Shown: positions 1 to 13,710 of the stretch, piece by piece
How the letters are laid out: each line of letters starts with the position of its first letter
How positions within the stretch are numbered: the stretch's first letter is position 1
DNA from: Eledone cirrhosa
Taxonomy: Eukaryota
DNA: 64,000 nucleotides
Assembly: GCA_964016885.1 (NCBI GenBank)
Contig: OZ024743.1
Coordinates: 249,426,001 to 249,490,000 of the forward strand
Direction of reading: 5' to 3'
Made by a program: the position numbers and the translations under genes
Notes under the pieces: model-generated
What the model was told of the DNA's origin: nothing
The model's database searches: none
What the model saw: only the letters and a program-made list of their open reading frames with translations

Positions 1-136
1 TTTAGGTTTTTAGCTATTGAGTGGCAGAGCTCCAAGTGTTCAGCAATTTTTAGACAACTCAATAGTGAAACAATTGTCAGACTATAAATAAATCCCTTTT
101 TTGTACTGTTGACCATGTTATTCTTCACTTTTTCAA

Positions 137-774
137 TTCATCATCATCGTTTAACGTCCATATTCCACGCTTGCATGGGTTTGGACGGGAGTTTTCCCAC
201 TTGAGGCAAGAGTGGTTGTCTTGCTCGCATAGGACTGTCTGGCGAATTTTCTACAGCTGGATGCCCTTCCTAACACCAACCACATTTACAGTGTGGAACT
301 GGGAGGTTTTTACCGTGTTACCTACACGGCCACATTACAGCGTGGACTGTGTTTTTTTGTTGTGACACCTACACGACCTCATTTGTTTCGGGCTGGATGT
401 TGTGGTACCAACATAACTTTACATTGAAAGGGGTGGTGTGGATGGGGTGGGGGTAGTGGGACGGGGGTGTATTTTGTTAGAGGTGCCTACTGACTGTAGT
501 AGGTTTCACTTTGTACTTAGGTAAGGCGGGTCTTCTTTATTACTGTGTAGCGCCAAAGCTCTCGGTCCAGTGACATTGTCTTGGAGAGGTGTAAGTGTGT
601 GAGGTCGGAATTTATCAAGTCGTCCCAGGTTTTTCTGGGTCTGCCTACTCCGTGGCTACCGTCATTTTATTGCCCTGCACTTTTTTATACAGCTGTCGTC
701 TTTCATGCACATCACGTGACCATACCAACGTAGTCTTCTCTCGAGTAAACAACATCTGATCCCTCTTATTTCTA

Positions 775-778
<4 letters not shown>
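137..778 (-). mobile_element. RTE-clade LINE 3' fragment (family B) with 3' UTR and (GAT)n tail
   Basis: Minus strand reads IRGIRCCLLERRLRWYGHVMCMKDDSCIKKCR..GRPRKTWDD. UTR and tail match the copies at 16110-17170 and 40420-41908. Confidence 0.85.
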
Positions 779-817
<39 letters not shown>

Positions 818-847
818 TATGTATATACGCATGTATATGCATGTATG

Positions 848-1450
848 TAGCTATGGGCACAAGAATGGGCCCAAACTATGTCAACCTTTTCATTGGCCAT
901 GTTGAGGCCCAAATCTTTGCCCTGTACACCAGCCCCGCGCCCGAACTGTATGGTTGTTACATCGATGACTGTATCAGAGCCACGACCTCACCCGAGAACA
1001 GCTCGACTCCTTTCTCTCCCTCTTCTGCTCCTTCCCCCTCCCTCCTCTTCACCACCTCTATCTCCACCACCCATGTCCACTTCTTGGACATCTCCATCGC
1101 CATCGACCCCTCCCACCGCCCCTCTTCACTTCCGCCTTCTTCAAACCCACCGACTCCCATTCCTACCTCGACTTCACCTCCTCCCACCCTACACACACTA
1201 AAGACTCCATTCCCTACTCCCAACTCCTCCGGATCCGCCACCTCTGCAGCTGAGATGCTGACTTCGAATCCCAGGCCCTTTCTCTAGTCAGCCATTTCAT
1301 CTCTTCACCCTGCCTTGACCCTCTGACCACTTCCTGTTGCGCGTACACTCCACATCTCTCCACTTCTGCACTACCACAACAGGATTTCACACCACCGGTC
1401 ATCGTTCCAGCTATCTATTCTACAACACGCGAAATCTCCAACATCTTGTC
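848..1450 (+). mobile_element. Penelope-like element (PLE) reverse-transcriptase fragment
   Basis: AMGTRMGPNYVNLF, YIDD and FLDISI, then frameshifted KPTDSHSYLDFTSSHP..KDSIPYSQLLRIRHLCS, which are typical PLE RT/thumb motifs. Follows a (TA)n tract. Confidence 0.8.
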
Positions 1451-1789
1451 TCACACTCCATGGAAATATCTTAGGAACATACACACCAACAAACACTTAC
1501 ATTATTTTCGAACCACGCCACCTACATCCACACGACATATAAACACAAACACACACATGCGTATCCCCACATACACACACTCAGTCTCCGGACTCCACAC
1601 GCCCCGATTCCCCACACCCCTCTCTATCCACACGCATGCACACACCAACTCACACCCCACCCCACGTACACACTGGTTTCCCTTTTACCTGAAAATGGAA
1701 CTTCATTCTTCCCCCAACTCTCACATTCACATACACACACGCACGTACACCTGCACCCATACACAAACACCACCTTCAGCTCTACCCGC

Positions 1790-2000
1790 TCTCGTGTAGA
1801 CACTGTTACCACCCCCTTTCTATAAAGACTTGTTACAACTCTCTCCCATGTAGACACTGTTACCACCCCCTTTCTATAAAGATTTGTTACAACCCTGTCA
1901 CGTAGACACTGTTAACATCCTCTTTCCATAAAGACTTCTTACAGCTATCTCACCTATAAACACCCTCTTACTATGTCTTTTCCATAAAGACTTGCTGCAT
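1790..2000. repeat. Tandem repeat, ~53-bp unit, ~4 copies
   Basis: gtagacactgttaccaccccctttctataaagacttgttacaac recurs at 1796, 1850 and 1902. Confidence 0.75.
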
Positions 2001-2480
2001 ATTTCTCACATTAGAGATTTGTCATTAAAAAAAGATTGATCTCCCATCATTGTTGTTGTAAAGTGTGAATATATCCTAACAGAACCAAAAGGTAACACAA
2101 ACAGCAACCCTTTAATGTTCAAACCAGCCAAAACCGGCCAGAATCCTCTACCTCTTTCTGTTGAAACTGGCTGTAACTGGTCGTTCAAACTGATGTTAAG
2201 GTATTGTTCTCAAAATAAATACATTCATAATCTCATAGATTTGATATTATGTGAGATATTATATGAGGTAAAGCCTTTACCATGAAAATATAATAGTATA
2301 TATAGAGTAATGTGAATGCTAAAGGGTTAAAGAGACACAAAGGCACAAGGAAGCAATAATATAGATGGTAGTTAGAGAGTTAATTGAGGGAGAACAACAC
2401 AATATAGATATAAACAAAAGTTTAAAGTAATGATTGTTTATTCAAAAAGAGGAAAGAGACACAACAGAAGCTTCTGTTGT

Positions 2481-4742
2481 CTCTATTTCTAGCTGATGTA
2501 GTTACTATTTCTAGCACACCTACGGACCACTATGAGGTTCCCCCTATTTAGCTGCTATATTCTAGGACACCTATAGACCACCATCAGGTTTCCACTATTT
2601 AGCTGCTATTTCTAACACACCTTTAGACCACCATGAGGTTCCCATATTAAGCTGCTATTGCTAGCACACCTATGTACCATCATGAAGATCCCTATTTAGC
2701 TGCTATTTCTAGCACATATATGGACCACCCTGAGGTTCCCTATTTAGCTGCTATTTGTAGCACACCTATGGACTACCATAGGGTTTACTTTATGTAGCTG
2801 CTATTTCTAGGACACCTATGGAATCCATGACATTACTCCTATTTCACTGCTATTTCTAGCACATCTATGGACCACCATGAGGTTCCCTATATTTAGCTGC
2901 TATTTCCAGCACATCCAAATACTGGCATGCGTTTCTCCCCATATAGCTGCTATTTCTAGCACACTTATGGGCAGAATGAGGTTACCCATATTTAGCTGCT
3001 ATTTCTAGTACACTCATGGACCACAATGAGGTTACCCCCTATTTAGCTGCTATTTCTAGCACACCCATGGACCACAATGAGGTTACCCCTATTTAGCTGG
3101 TATTTCTAGCATATCTATGGGCTACCATGCGTTTTTCCCTATATAGCTGCTATATCTAGCACAACTAAGGACCACCATAAGATTCCCCATATTTAGCTGC
3201 TATTTCTAGCACACATATGGACATAATGAGTTTCCTCCTAATTGTTGCTATTTCTAGCACACATATGCACCACCATGAGGTTCCTCTATATAGCAGCTAT
3301 TTCTAGCACACCTATGGACCATCTTGAGATTCCCCTATTTAGCTGATATTTTTAGCACACCTATGGACCACCTCGGGGTTCCCTAATTAGCTGCTATTTC
3401 TAGCACATCTATGGACCACTATGAGGTTTCCCCTATTTAACTGCTATTTCTAGCCCACTATGAGCTTTCCATCATTTAGCTGCTGTTTCTAGCACGCCTA
3501 TGGACCACCATAAGGTTCTGTCTGTTTAGCGGACGTAGCTGCTATTTCTAGCACAACTATGGACCACCATGAAATTCCCTATTTAGCTACTATTTCTAAC
3601 ACACCTATGGACCCTATTTAGCTGCTATTTCTAGCACACAAACGGACCACTAAAAGGTTCCCCCATTTAGCTGTTATTTCTAGGACACCTATAGTCCACC
3701 ATGAGATTTCCACTATTTAGCTGCTATTTCTAACACACCTTTAGACCACCATGAGGTTCCCCCATTTAGCTGCTATTTCTAGCACACTTATGTACCATCA
3801 TGAGGATCCCTATTTAGCTGCTATTTCTAGCACACCTATGGACCATCATGAGGTTCCCTCATTTAGCTGCTATTCCTAACACACCTATGGACCCCATGAC
3901 ATGACCCCTATTTCACTGATATTTCTAGCACACCTATGAATCAACATGAGGTCCTTATTAAGCTGCTATTTCTAGCACATCTATGGACCAGAATGAGATT
4001 ACCCCTATTTAGCTGCTATTTCTAGCGTACCTATGGACTACCATAAGGTTCCGCCTGCTTAGCGGATGTAGCTGTTATTTTCTAGCACAACTATGGACCC
4101 CACTGAGGTTCTCTATTTAGCTACTATTTCTAGCACACCTATCAACCACAATGAGGTTCCCCTATTTAGCTGCTATTTATAGCACACATATGGACCACCA
4201 TCAGGTTCCTGCTCTCACCTGCTAATTCTTGTACACGTATGGACCACTTTGAGATTACCCCTATTTAGCTGCTATTTCTAGAACACCTATGGACTACCAT
4301 GAGTTTCCCCTACTTAGCTGCTATTTCTAGCACACCTATGGACCATCATGATATTACTCTTATTTAGCTGCTATTTCTAGCACAACTATGTTTCACTATG
4401 AGGTTCTCCTTTATTAACTGCTATTTGTTGTACAACTACGGTCCACCATGAGGTTTCCCTCCTTTAGCTGTTATTTCTAGCACGGCTATGGACCATTATG
4501 AGGTTCCCACTGTTTAGCTACTAATTGTAGCACACGCATGGATCACTATGAGGTTCCCTATTCAGCTTCTATTTTTAGCACACCTATGGACCACCTTGAG
4601 GTTCCCTCTATTTAGCTGCTATTTCTAGCACACCTATGGAATACCATGATGTTTAGCTGCTATTTCTAGCACACCTATGGACCACCATGATTTCCTTTCT
4701 TTGTGTAGCTGCTTTTTCTAGCACATCTATGGACCACCATGA
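2481..4742. repeat. Minisatellite/satellite array, ~48-51-bp monomer, ~45 copies
   Basis: Consensus atttagctgctatttctagcacacctatggaccaccatgaggttcccct repeated head-to-tail with no unique spacers. Confidence 0.95.
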
Positions 4743-5116
4743 ATGAGGAGTGCATGAGTGGGTGAGTGAGTGAGTGAGTGAGAGAGATGCTAAACAATAT
4801 TTGCGAATGTAATCATTTACTTAGTGCTGATGCCAAGAAAACTGCACCCAGTACAGTTGTTTGTGATAGGAAGGGCATCCAGCTGTAGAAAACTTGCCAA
4901 ACAAATAGTCAAGAGAACTCTTCAGTTTTGTCAAAGGCATAACAACCTCTATAGTGCTGCTGCCACGATAACATACATCTAGCACACTCTGTTGTGTGCA
5001 AGAACATATGTAAACAAGATGTGGCTCTGATTAACTACTGACTTTGTCTGTGACGACCAGTCCAACCCTTGCTAAAATGGAATGATGATAATTAGAATGC
5101 AAACTATTTATCTTAC

Positions 5117-5223
5117 CGACATTTGTAGATCTCTAATACGCAGATGTCGAAGAAAGAGAAATGCTGTATAGCCGCTGTTTTGCTGTGGGCAAAATCCTTC
5201 ATCAAGATCAGTTTCATCTAAAC
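5117..5223 (-). CDS. CCDC162: CCDC162/DUF4549-like gene, coding exon 13 (LDETDLDEGFCPQQNSGYTAFLFLRHLRIRDLQMS)
   Basis: gcag acceptor, gtaaga donor, phase 1 to 0 compatible with the previous exon. FLRHLRIRDLQ resembles a family motif I recall. Confidence 0.75.
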
Positions 5224-5647
5224 CTGCAGCAAATAAATAAATAAAAAAGGACTGGATATTGTGGTACCAACATAACTTTGCAGAGAAATTAGACCACTAA
5301 TCCTTTCATGGATTGAAATCCTTAAACCTCATTGACTCCTGACATGTACAAAAATAAATAGTTAAAGCAGTATATGGAATAAAAAAAAAAAACAATAAAA
5401 ACTAATTATATATAAATCAGAAACCTGGATAAGCATGTTGTATTTTGTATTATTTTATGTATGTTCATTTCTTATACATTTGATCTCTGCATACATCCAA
5501 CAACCCATGCATAGGTCCATAAACCCTGAGAGGTTAATATCAACCCCTTTGGAGACACCTGTTGTACTATTTGAGTCATTTACTAACAAAATAAGTTGAT
5601 TAGTTTTGTGAAAATAATACCACTAATAAACATAGAGAATCCTTTAC

Positions 5648-5775
5648 CTAACATCCTCATTGCTGATAGATAATCATAAGAGGACAAGTGCTGGAATTCT
5701 GGTATCTTGCTCTTTTTGCTAGGCATATTATCGTCCTTATCATCTGATAATTCAGTTCTTACTCCAGGTGAATTA
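5648..5775 (-). CDS. CCDC162: CCDC162-like coding exon 12 (NSPGVRTELSDD...YDYLSAMRML)
   Basis: ttttacag acceptor, gtaaag donor, phase 2 to 1. Confidence 0.75.
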
Positions 5776-5794
5776 CTGTAAAACAAAGAAAATA

Positions 5795-6101
5795 ATATTG
5801 TTATACTTTGAGAGGGTCATGTTGCCAATAAGAAACACACGCACCAGTTGCTTTCACTCCAATTTATTATAAATTAAATTTATAAATTAAAAAATTTATA
5901 AATTTCCGGTTGGTTGGTTGGTTGGTTTCACAACCATCACTCCAATTTATTATAAAAAATTAAATTTATAAATTTAAGAATTTATAAATTTCCGGAAATA
6001 AATTCTTAAATTTATAAATTTAATTTATAATAAATTGGAGTGAAAGCAACTGGTGCATGTGTTTCTTATTGGCAACATAACCTCCCAAAGTATAACAATA
6101 T
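5795..6101. repeat. Fold-back element: ~110-bp inverted arms with an internal partial direct duplication
   Basis: 5795-5908 is the near reverse complement of ~5991-6101; 5937-5995 duplicates 5854-5908. Confidence 0.9.
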
Positions 6102-8015
6102 CGGTTTCAACACACGTTTTCAGATAAAGAATCTTGCTAAACAAATTCAGAAATGAAAAGAAAATAATGATTTATTAATTAGGTATAAGGAGAACTGACA
6201 CCACAAATCCAAAACTGAGTTGACTGGCGATATGCCATAATACAAAGGACTCATCCACCAGTACAAGCATTGTGACACTAAAATAAAACATGATGAGAAA
6301 CCGAAGGCTACAGAGTTTGGCAATTGAATGGAGACAATGTGGATTTGAGATGACTCTCTAGTCTAGCCCAGCATATGACAACCTCTCTAGTGCTGGTTCC
6401 ATGATAAACACCCTGTAAAGTTTTAGTGTTTGGTGACATGATGAAATACACCCAATCTACCCTGTAAAGTGGTAACACCGGTGCCACAAAAAAGCACACC
6501 CAGTACACCCTTTTAGTGCAAGGTGGTTGGGGTTAGGCAGGACATCCACTCATAGAAACCATACCAAATATGAAATTTATGAGCAAGATGAGGTCACATG
6601 GCAATGTATCCAACCAATGCCAGCCTGAAAGCGAATGTTTTAATTTTATTGACATTGGTTAAATGAGTATTTGGTTTAGAGTGGTGATACCATTTCTCTG
6701 TGTGTTGTAAGAGGTGACTAAAAGCACCATGGGGGGCATCCAGCCATAAAACATTGCCTCAAAAAGGACCCCATGATGAGTATGATTACATATGGACAGA
6801 GTACATATGTTAAAACTTAAGATCAAAATCATATCAAATCTAAGAAGTCCAGGTCATTTATGTGGCCAAATGCATGATGAATCTTGTGAAGACACAGTAT
6901 GAGGTTTGGGATATGTAGAGACACTGACAGGGTGGTAAGGAGGTACAGAAAGATATGACTAAAGATGATGGAGGAGGAAATGAAAGCACAGGGTTGGTGA
7001 GAGGGATGCTTTAGCAAAGAGAATGGCTTTAAAATTCTTCTTGTTTTTTTTGTAAAAGAAAATGCCTAATGATTTCTCAGCTGTCAATGTTTATAATTAT
7101 ATATAGATCAAAAGTGGTGTACACATTTTTAATATCATAGCAATGACCCTTTCATTACCATATTTTTTATTGAAATACACAGCGTAAGATTTTCAAATAA
7201 TTTAAAAACTAATCAATAACCCATTTGATCCATGCAAATATGGAAAAATATAGATATATGATGATTACGATATTTATATAGTTACAGATGTAAAGCTTAA
7301 AATTATTGTAGAGCATTTTATTAAAATTAATGGTTTATTGCTAAGTTTCTCAGACTATGCTTACATTTTTTCTCATTTCAATGGATGCTAACAAGACTGT
7401 GATAACTATATACTATATTGTAGTCCAGAGATAAAAGATATCTTGTTTTGTTGTATAGATGATGATAAATTTTAAAGGTTTTTCTCTATTTTGTACACCT
7501 TTTAAGCATCAATTGACAAATCAAACATTTTTATGTAGATATCAAAATAAAAAATACCCTTTTGTTACCATATTTCTAATGAAAAAAATTTCCTATGATT
7601 TTCAAATCATATTGAAAATTATAAAAACATTGGAAAAATTTAGTAAAATAACTTACTTTCTTGTTATTCTTTGTGTTTGGAGCTTAACCAAAGACGTTAC
7701 ATAAAATTATGATAGAAATATTAAATAAATATAAATGGTTTTGTACCATAAAAGTAGGGGTAGTTTCATGCAAAAGAGTTTTAAATACATCTGGAAAATG
7801 TTAGTGCTGGTGCCATGATAAAATACATCCACCACACCCTATAAGATGGTTGGTATTAGGAAGGGCATCCAGCCATAGAAACCGTGCGAATATGGAACAT
7901 CTGTGCAAAATGAGGTCTCTAAAACTCGTCTGGTCTCAGACCATGACAACTTATCCAACTCATGGTAGTGTGTAAAACAGACATAGGATGGTGAAAAAGA
8001 AGGTTCAATATTTAC

Positions 8016-8161
8016 TACATGTAGACTTCAGGACTTGAGTAAATTTTCTTCCATAAGTTTTCTGTTTTTTGGAATTGTTTATAATTTGAAGAAGCTACTG
8101 TTCCTGTTACATTATCTCCTCTTGCAATTGATACATGTTTTTTCAAAGTAGTTAAGACTTT
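8016..8161 (-). CDS. CCDC162: CCDC162-like coding exon 11 (KVLTTLKKH...LWKKIYSSPEVYM)
   Basis: tttttctag acceptor, gtaaat donor, phase 0 to 2, open frame. Confidence 0.75.
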
Positions 8162-8254
8162 CTAGAAAAATAAAAAAAATAAAACATTCTAAAGAAATTC
8201 ACACACTAGTTTTCTTATAATTAACTTCCCCTTCAAAGTATTTATTATATTTAT

Positions 8255-8612
8255 TGTCGTGTAGGAGTCACAACAAAATTCACTCAGTCCACACTGTAAA
8301 GTGGTCATGTAGGTGTCACGACAAGAAGCACCCAGTCCATGCTGTAAAGTGGTTGTGTAGGTGTCACGACAAGAAGCATCCAGCCCACACTGTAAAGTGG
8401 GCGTGTAGGCGACATGGCAAAAGCACCCAGTCCATGCTGTAAATGTGGTTGGTGTTAGGAAGGGCATCCAGACGTAGAAACCAAGCCAAGTCAGTTCTGA
8501 GTGAGTGAATCACAGTCCCCCGACCTGATCCCTCACAAAGGGACAGCCCATCCTACCAATGCTAGTGTGGAAGATGGACGTTAAACAATGATGATGATGA
8601 TGATGATGATGA
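8255..8612 (+). mobile_element. RTE-tail/SINE-type non-autonomous repeat with a 48-bp tandem module and (GAT)n tail
   Basis: 48-bp unit (8311, 8359...), then ggttggtgttaggaagggcatccag core, then gttaaacaatgatgatgatg tail. Many similar copies in the window. Confidence 0.75.
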
Positions 8613-8616
8613 TTGT

Positions 8617-8840
8617 AGGCAGTGGATTGGCAGTATAGGTAGAGTGTCAGACATGTTTCACGACATAGAGTTACAGCCCTTTATGTTCTGAGTTCAAATC
8701 TTGCCAAGGTTAGCTTTGCCTTTCATCCTTATGTGGCCGATAAAATAAAGTACCAGTAATGTACATACTGGGGTGGATTTAATTGACTTTACCCTCCCTC
8801 AAAATTGTTGGGCTTGTGCCTAAATCAGAAACCATTATAT
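8617..8840 (+). mobile_element. tRNA-derived SINE (older subfamily)
   Basis: A-box-like tggcagtatagg, B-box gttcaaatc, body shared with the 13711 and 54274 copies. Confidence 0.8.
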
Positions 8841-9950
8841 TTATTGTAATGTGGTTGGCATTAGGAATGGCATCCAACTGTAGAAACCAAGTCAAAAACA
8901 GATCCATGAGCAAGATGTAGTCTCCTGAACTGACTTGTCTCATAATGTAACAACCTGTCTAACACATGGAAGCATGGAAAACAGGCATTAACTGATGATG
9001 ATGACATAGTAAAATGGTTGGCGATTGAACAGAGACAACATAGGATAGAAAGGACTTCTGGCCCAGCATATGACAACCTCTCTAGTGCTTGTGCCACAAA
9101 AAAAAAAAAATGCATCAAATACACTCTGTAAAATGGTAATGCTGATACCACAATAAAATGCACCTGGTGCATTCTGTAAAGTGGTTGGTGTTAGGAAGGG
9201 TTATCCAGCCTTTATATTTGCAATATAAAGTTGGTAATTTGGTGGTTATTAGATAGTAGGAGAGTATTTGTTCCATCTCTTTGCATTCTGAATTCAAATC
9301 CTGTTAAAATTAACTCAGCCTTTCATCTTTCGCAGAATTTTTAGAGTCAAATGAGATATCTTGTGGCATTTGTTCTGGCTCTTTACGATTTAAGTTTAAA
9401 TTTCACTGTAACCTACTTGGGAGGTTGACTTAATATATTACCTGTTTTAACACTAGCATCAGAATCTAGGTGCCTTTAGCAGAATCCACTCTATAAAATA
9501 TGACAAAAACCTTATTAATGCTTTTAACCCAGCAGCCCAGTATTGCAGTCCTAACAATATTTGACCATATCCTGCTCTCCTAGTATTCCACATTCTACCA
9601 AATATTTCACTATTGTAATTTACACCACTTTCTTCACAAACCATTACTTTAGCCTGAGTTTTTCAGTAAGGCATTACTGTGATTGTTGTCCAGTTTATAC
9701 ATTTATTATCTTTTATTTTTTTCAGGTTTAAATGACAAATAACATTTTTTTCAGCAATTTTTGAACTGTGCACATGGTGGGGGGTCAGGACTCAAAGGGT
9801 TAAACAACTTTTCCCCTTTTTCCCTATCTAATTTCACTCTGGAAATCCTCTTCTTTCTTATGTTTGCTTTCCCCTGCCAACCATTTATTATAAACCCACT
9901 AAAAACAGGTAGTAAAAGAAAGAGGGAATATATTAAAGCAATTAGGTTAC

Positions 9951-10142
9951 CTCAAAGTCAGACAGTTTCAGAAGATGAGACTGGTGCAACAATAACAAAT
10001 CAATTTGTTTTTTCTGTCTCAATTCTGTCCATTTCTTTTCTTGGTCAATATCTCTTCTTGGTATTAACTTTACAAATGGAAGCCAGTTGGCAGGTTTCTT
10101 TACAAATGTATTTGTGTCTGAACCACACTTTTCTTGGAGTGC
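9951..10142 (-). CDS. CCDC162: CCDC162-like coding exon 10 (ALQEK...KKPANWLPFVKLIPRRDIDQEKKWTELRQKKQIDLLLLHQSHLLKLSDFE)
   Basis: tttttcag acceptor, gtaacc donor, phase 0 to 0. ANWLPF motif recalled from the family. Confidence 0.8.
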
Positions 10143-10249
10143 CTGAAAAATCAAAATATGAAATGATATTTTTAAAAGGAGGGTCAAGTAAAGTGTTTAT
10201 TTATTTTATATACAAATATGTATGTATGTTTGTGTGTATAGGCAAGTAA

Positions 10250-13200
10250 AAGGGATCTTATCGGAGTGCCTTGTTAAAAAATGTCTGCGTACCTCTTGCT
10301 GAATCTAGATACACTGAGAAAGCCACTGAATCTGCAAACCACGAAGTGATTGTCATTGGTGTACCAGAAGACATAGTTGATCTTCAGACATTTGCTGCTG
10401 CCAATTCATCCAAAGACTTGGGCTGTGCTCCCCAAAAGGGTGCTCTCCGCCTTGGCTGACCAGGTCCGAAACCCAGGCTAATTAGGCTGTCTTTTTCAAA
10501 CTAAACTGAGGCACATTCATATCTTTTAGCCTCTGATAAAGCTAGGCATGAAAATCGGATTGCCTTCCAAACACGCCTTGGTCTTCCACCTGCTGTATGC
10601 ACAAAGCTACGTGCTGCAGCTTCCTTAAACTGCAACTCAGCACAACATAAAAGCTTCAGCCTACGTGATGATGGGCAGATATGGAAGTTTATTAAGGCTG
10701 GTGAAACATGGAAAAGAGATACCAGCTGGTCTGAAAACACTGTACCGACAACAACTGATAATAATAAAACTGAAAAAACTCTGGGAAACTAAATCAGAAA
10801 AACCTGCCATTCCCTGCACATCATCAAAGACTGAAAACAAGGTACAAATTGTTGTTCTTAAATGCACGTAGTCTATGCAATAAGATACACCTTTTGGATT
10901 CCTACATCAAAAATATCGACCCTGACTTCATTACAGTAACGGAAACATGGGCACATTCCTTATTCTGTGATGGAGTTTTCAACATAGCTGGCTACAACTT
11001 GTTTTGTTAAGACCGCATTAATCGTCATGGTGTAATGGTCTACGTTCATTCAAACTGTTCAGCAATTGCTGATTTGAACCAATCACAGCAAGAAGTATTT
11101 TTCTGCGATATACGTATAACCATGTCAACACTGCTACTTGGAGTTGTTTACTGTCCCCCAAATTTCCATCAGGACACTCAGCTTTGTGATATCCTCAGAG
11201 CTGCTGCCAGGACAACAGCCACTTATGTTTTTATTGCAAGGGACATCAATCACCCTGAGATTGACTGGGAAAACTTTCGTTGGCTGCAAAGTGCAAATGA
11301 TTTCCTTGAGCTAGTGAGTGCTGGACTCGAACTGGTCCCAAGTAGTCACCTCCCCAACAAGAGGTGACAACACTTTGGATCTAGTCTTCACCACTACTCC
11401 TGAAATGGTTATTAGTGTTACTACTGCGGAACCTTTATGTAACTATGATCATTGCCAATCTGTCCCTCATGGGCAGTAACAAAAACCACAACCATCTCCA
11501 AACTGCTCACTTTGACTGGAATAAAGCCGACTAGAACTGTTACTGCATACAAACTGGCTTGAATTTTACGACTCTGGAGATGTCAACACTGTACTCCAGA
11601 ACATCCTGAACTCAATATGGATAGCATGTGCAGCATCGGTGCCACGTAAGCAGAAAAAAACACCCCAAAAGTGAAATTTGGGAGACTACAGCAGTCCGTC
11701 TTGCCAGGCAAGAACATCGTAATGCTGAACGTGAGTACAAATTTCATAAATCAGATATTAATAGGAAAAAGCAAAATAAATCATCCAATCATCTCAAGCA
11801 GGTGACAAAAAAGGCAGTGCTTGAATTTGAACAGCGCATAGCAACCAACCCTGACAGTAAGGTGTTCTGAAAATATGTCCACTCAAAGCGGAGGCCTTAC
11901 TCTCCAGTTGGTCCTCTTCGCAATCCCCACACAAGCCAGATTACTGACAACCCCAAGGAATGTGCAGAACTCATTGCTGAATGCTATGCAGGCATTTTCA
12001 CTGTTGAAGACCAAAATGTACCATCTCCACTACCTCTGAGATTAAATTCTATTACAACTATGGAATTTACACCTGCAATGCTGCGACGACACCTTAAAAA
12101 TAAACACCACCATGCCTCTCCTGGTCTTGATGGTGTTACATGCCTGCTTCTCAAACGTGGTGGGTACTTCTCTCTGCACCAGCTATCACTCTTCTTTCAA
12201 TTCTGTCTGAACAATGGTGCTACACCAGAACAGTGGAAAACTGCCAGTTTCATTCCTCTGTTCAAAAAGGGTGACCACATATCACCTGTCAACTATCGTC
12301 CAGTCAGTCTTACTAGCTGCATTGCCAAACTGATGGAATTCTGTGACAGAGAAACACTTTGGAGCTTCTGGAACTCTCACAGTCTTATCCGGCCCTCGCA
12401 ATTTGGACTTATCCCTAACTGCAGCTGCTGTGATCAGCTTATCGAGTTCCTTGAAGACATCACCCAGATCACTGATGGTGGCTCATGGGTGGATGTTGTT
12501 TACCTTGACTTTGGTAAAGCTTTCAATTCTGTGCCACACAAGAGACTTATGGCAAAACTCTCTGCAATGGATGTGAAGGAGGATCTTTTTAACTGGTTGA
12601 AGTCCTTCATTCTCAGTCGAAGAGAGGTAGTCGTGGTTCTAGGACAGCATTCCTCACGGTATGAGATGTCATCTGGTGTACCACAGGGATCTGTTCTTGG
12701 CCCCCTTCTGTTTGTGGTATATATTAATGATATAGATGCCAACTTAAAGAATGCCACAGTACTGATATATGCAGATGACATCAAGCTGTACCTTGAGATA
12801 AAAAGGACAGATCCTGAACACTATAGACCTTTCCTGCAATCAGGCCTGGACACAATGCAACAATGGATCATGGACTGGCAACTCAAGCTTGCTGTGGACA
12901 AGTGTACCACCATGCATTTTGGGATTAAAAATCCAGCGTCCACATACTCACTCCACAACACTAATATCAAGAAGTCTTCTTGTAAACGTGACCTGGGCAT
13001 TACTGTCAGCAGTGATTTGCATTGGACGAAGCATGTCTCTAAAATTGTCAAGAAGGCCGAGAGTGTCTTAGCATCACTCAGTAAGACCTTTGTCAGCCGC
13101 TCTCCAGCTATCTATTTAAAGTTGTACATAGCTATGGTGCGGCCACACTTAGAATTTGCATCACCAATCTGGAACCCCTATCTTGCTCAGAACATTGACC

Positions 13201-13710
13201 TCCTGGAAACTGTTCAGCAACATGCAGCCAAGTGAATACCCTCCATCAGGCATCTACCATACTCTGAACGCCTTGCTTCCCTGGGCATTGATACATTGAA
13301 GCTCCGACGCCTGGCAACTGAGTTGGTAAACGGCCACAAAATTATTAACCATCTTGCCAACAACAACCCTGAGCACCTTTTTGATTTCCATGTGTCTAAC
13401 ACACGTGGGCATGCCTACAAGGTCAGAAAACAGCACAGCTCCCATGATTTTCGGAAACATTTTTTCATGCTGAGAGTTGCTGAAGCATGGAACAAACTAC
13501 CTGCATCAGTTGTTAGCTGTCGAGACACTGCACCCTTTAAAACCTCCATGCTTCCTGAGATTCGCCAACACTACACCTGATGTCCCCGCTCCATACACAT
13601 GCACACATGTATTTTATGACTCATACACTGTTGTACATTATTCTATGTACTATACATGCACCTTTGATGAGTTGTAGTGCACCTGAGCATTGTACACAAT
13701 AATTTCATTA
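10250..13710 (+). mobile_element. CR1/L2-group LINE, near full length, degraded (ORF1 remnant, APE endonuclease, RT)
   Basis: ORF1-like VIVIGVPE/PRLIRL. APE motifs LNARSLCNK, ETW, VYCPP, PTRGDNTLDL. RT 12060-13235 with NYRPVSLTS, YLDFGKAF, GVPQGSVLGPLLF, YADD. CR1-type end TRGH..WNKLP. Multiple stops and frameshifts. Confidence 0.92.

Noticed and set aside
1-2076. Further host-gene exons at ~2011-2075 and ~1-81 (minus)
   Set aside because: Splice-like ends exist, but both are open only from phase 2 while exon 13 ends in phase 0, and I recognise no family motif; left unassigned.
2481-4742. CRISPR-like array
   Set aside because: The whole monomer is repeated with no unique spacers, there are no cas genes, and the context is eukaryotic; it is a satellite.
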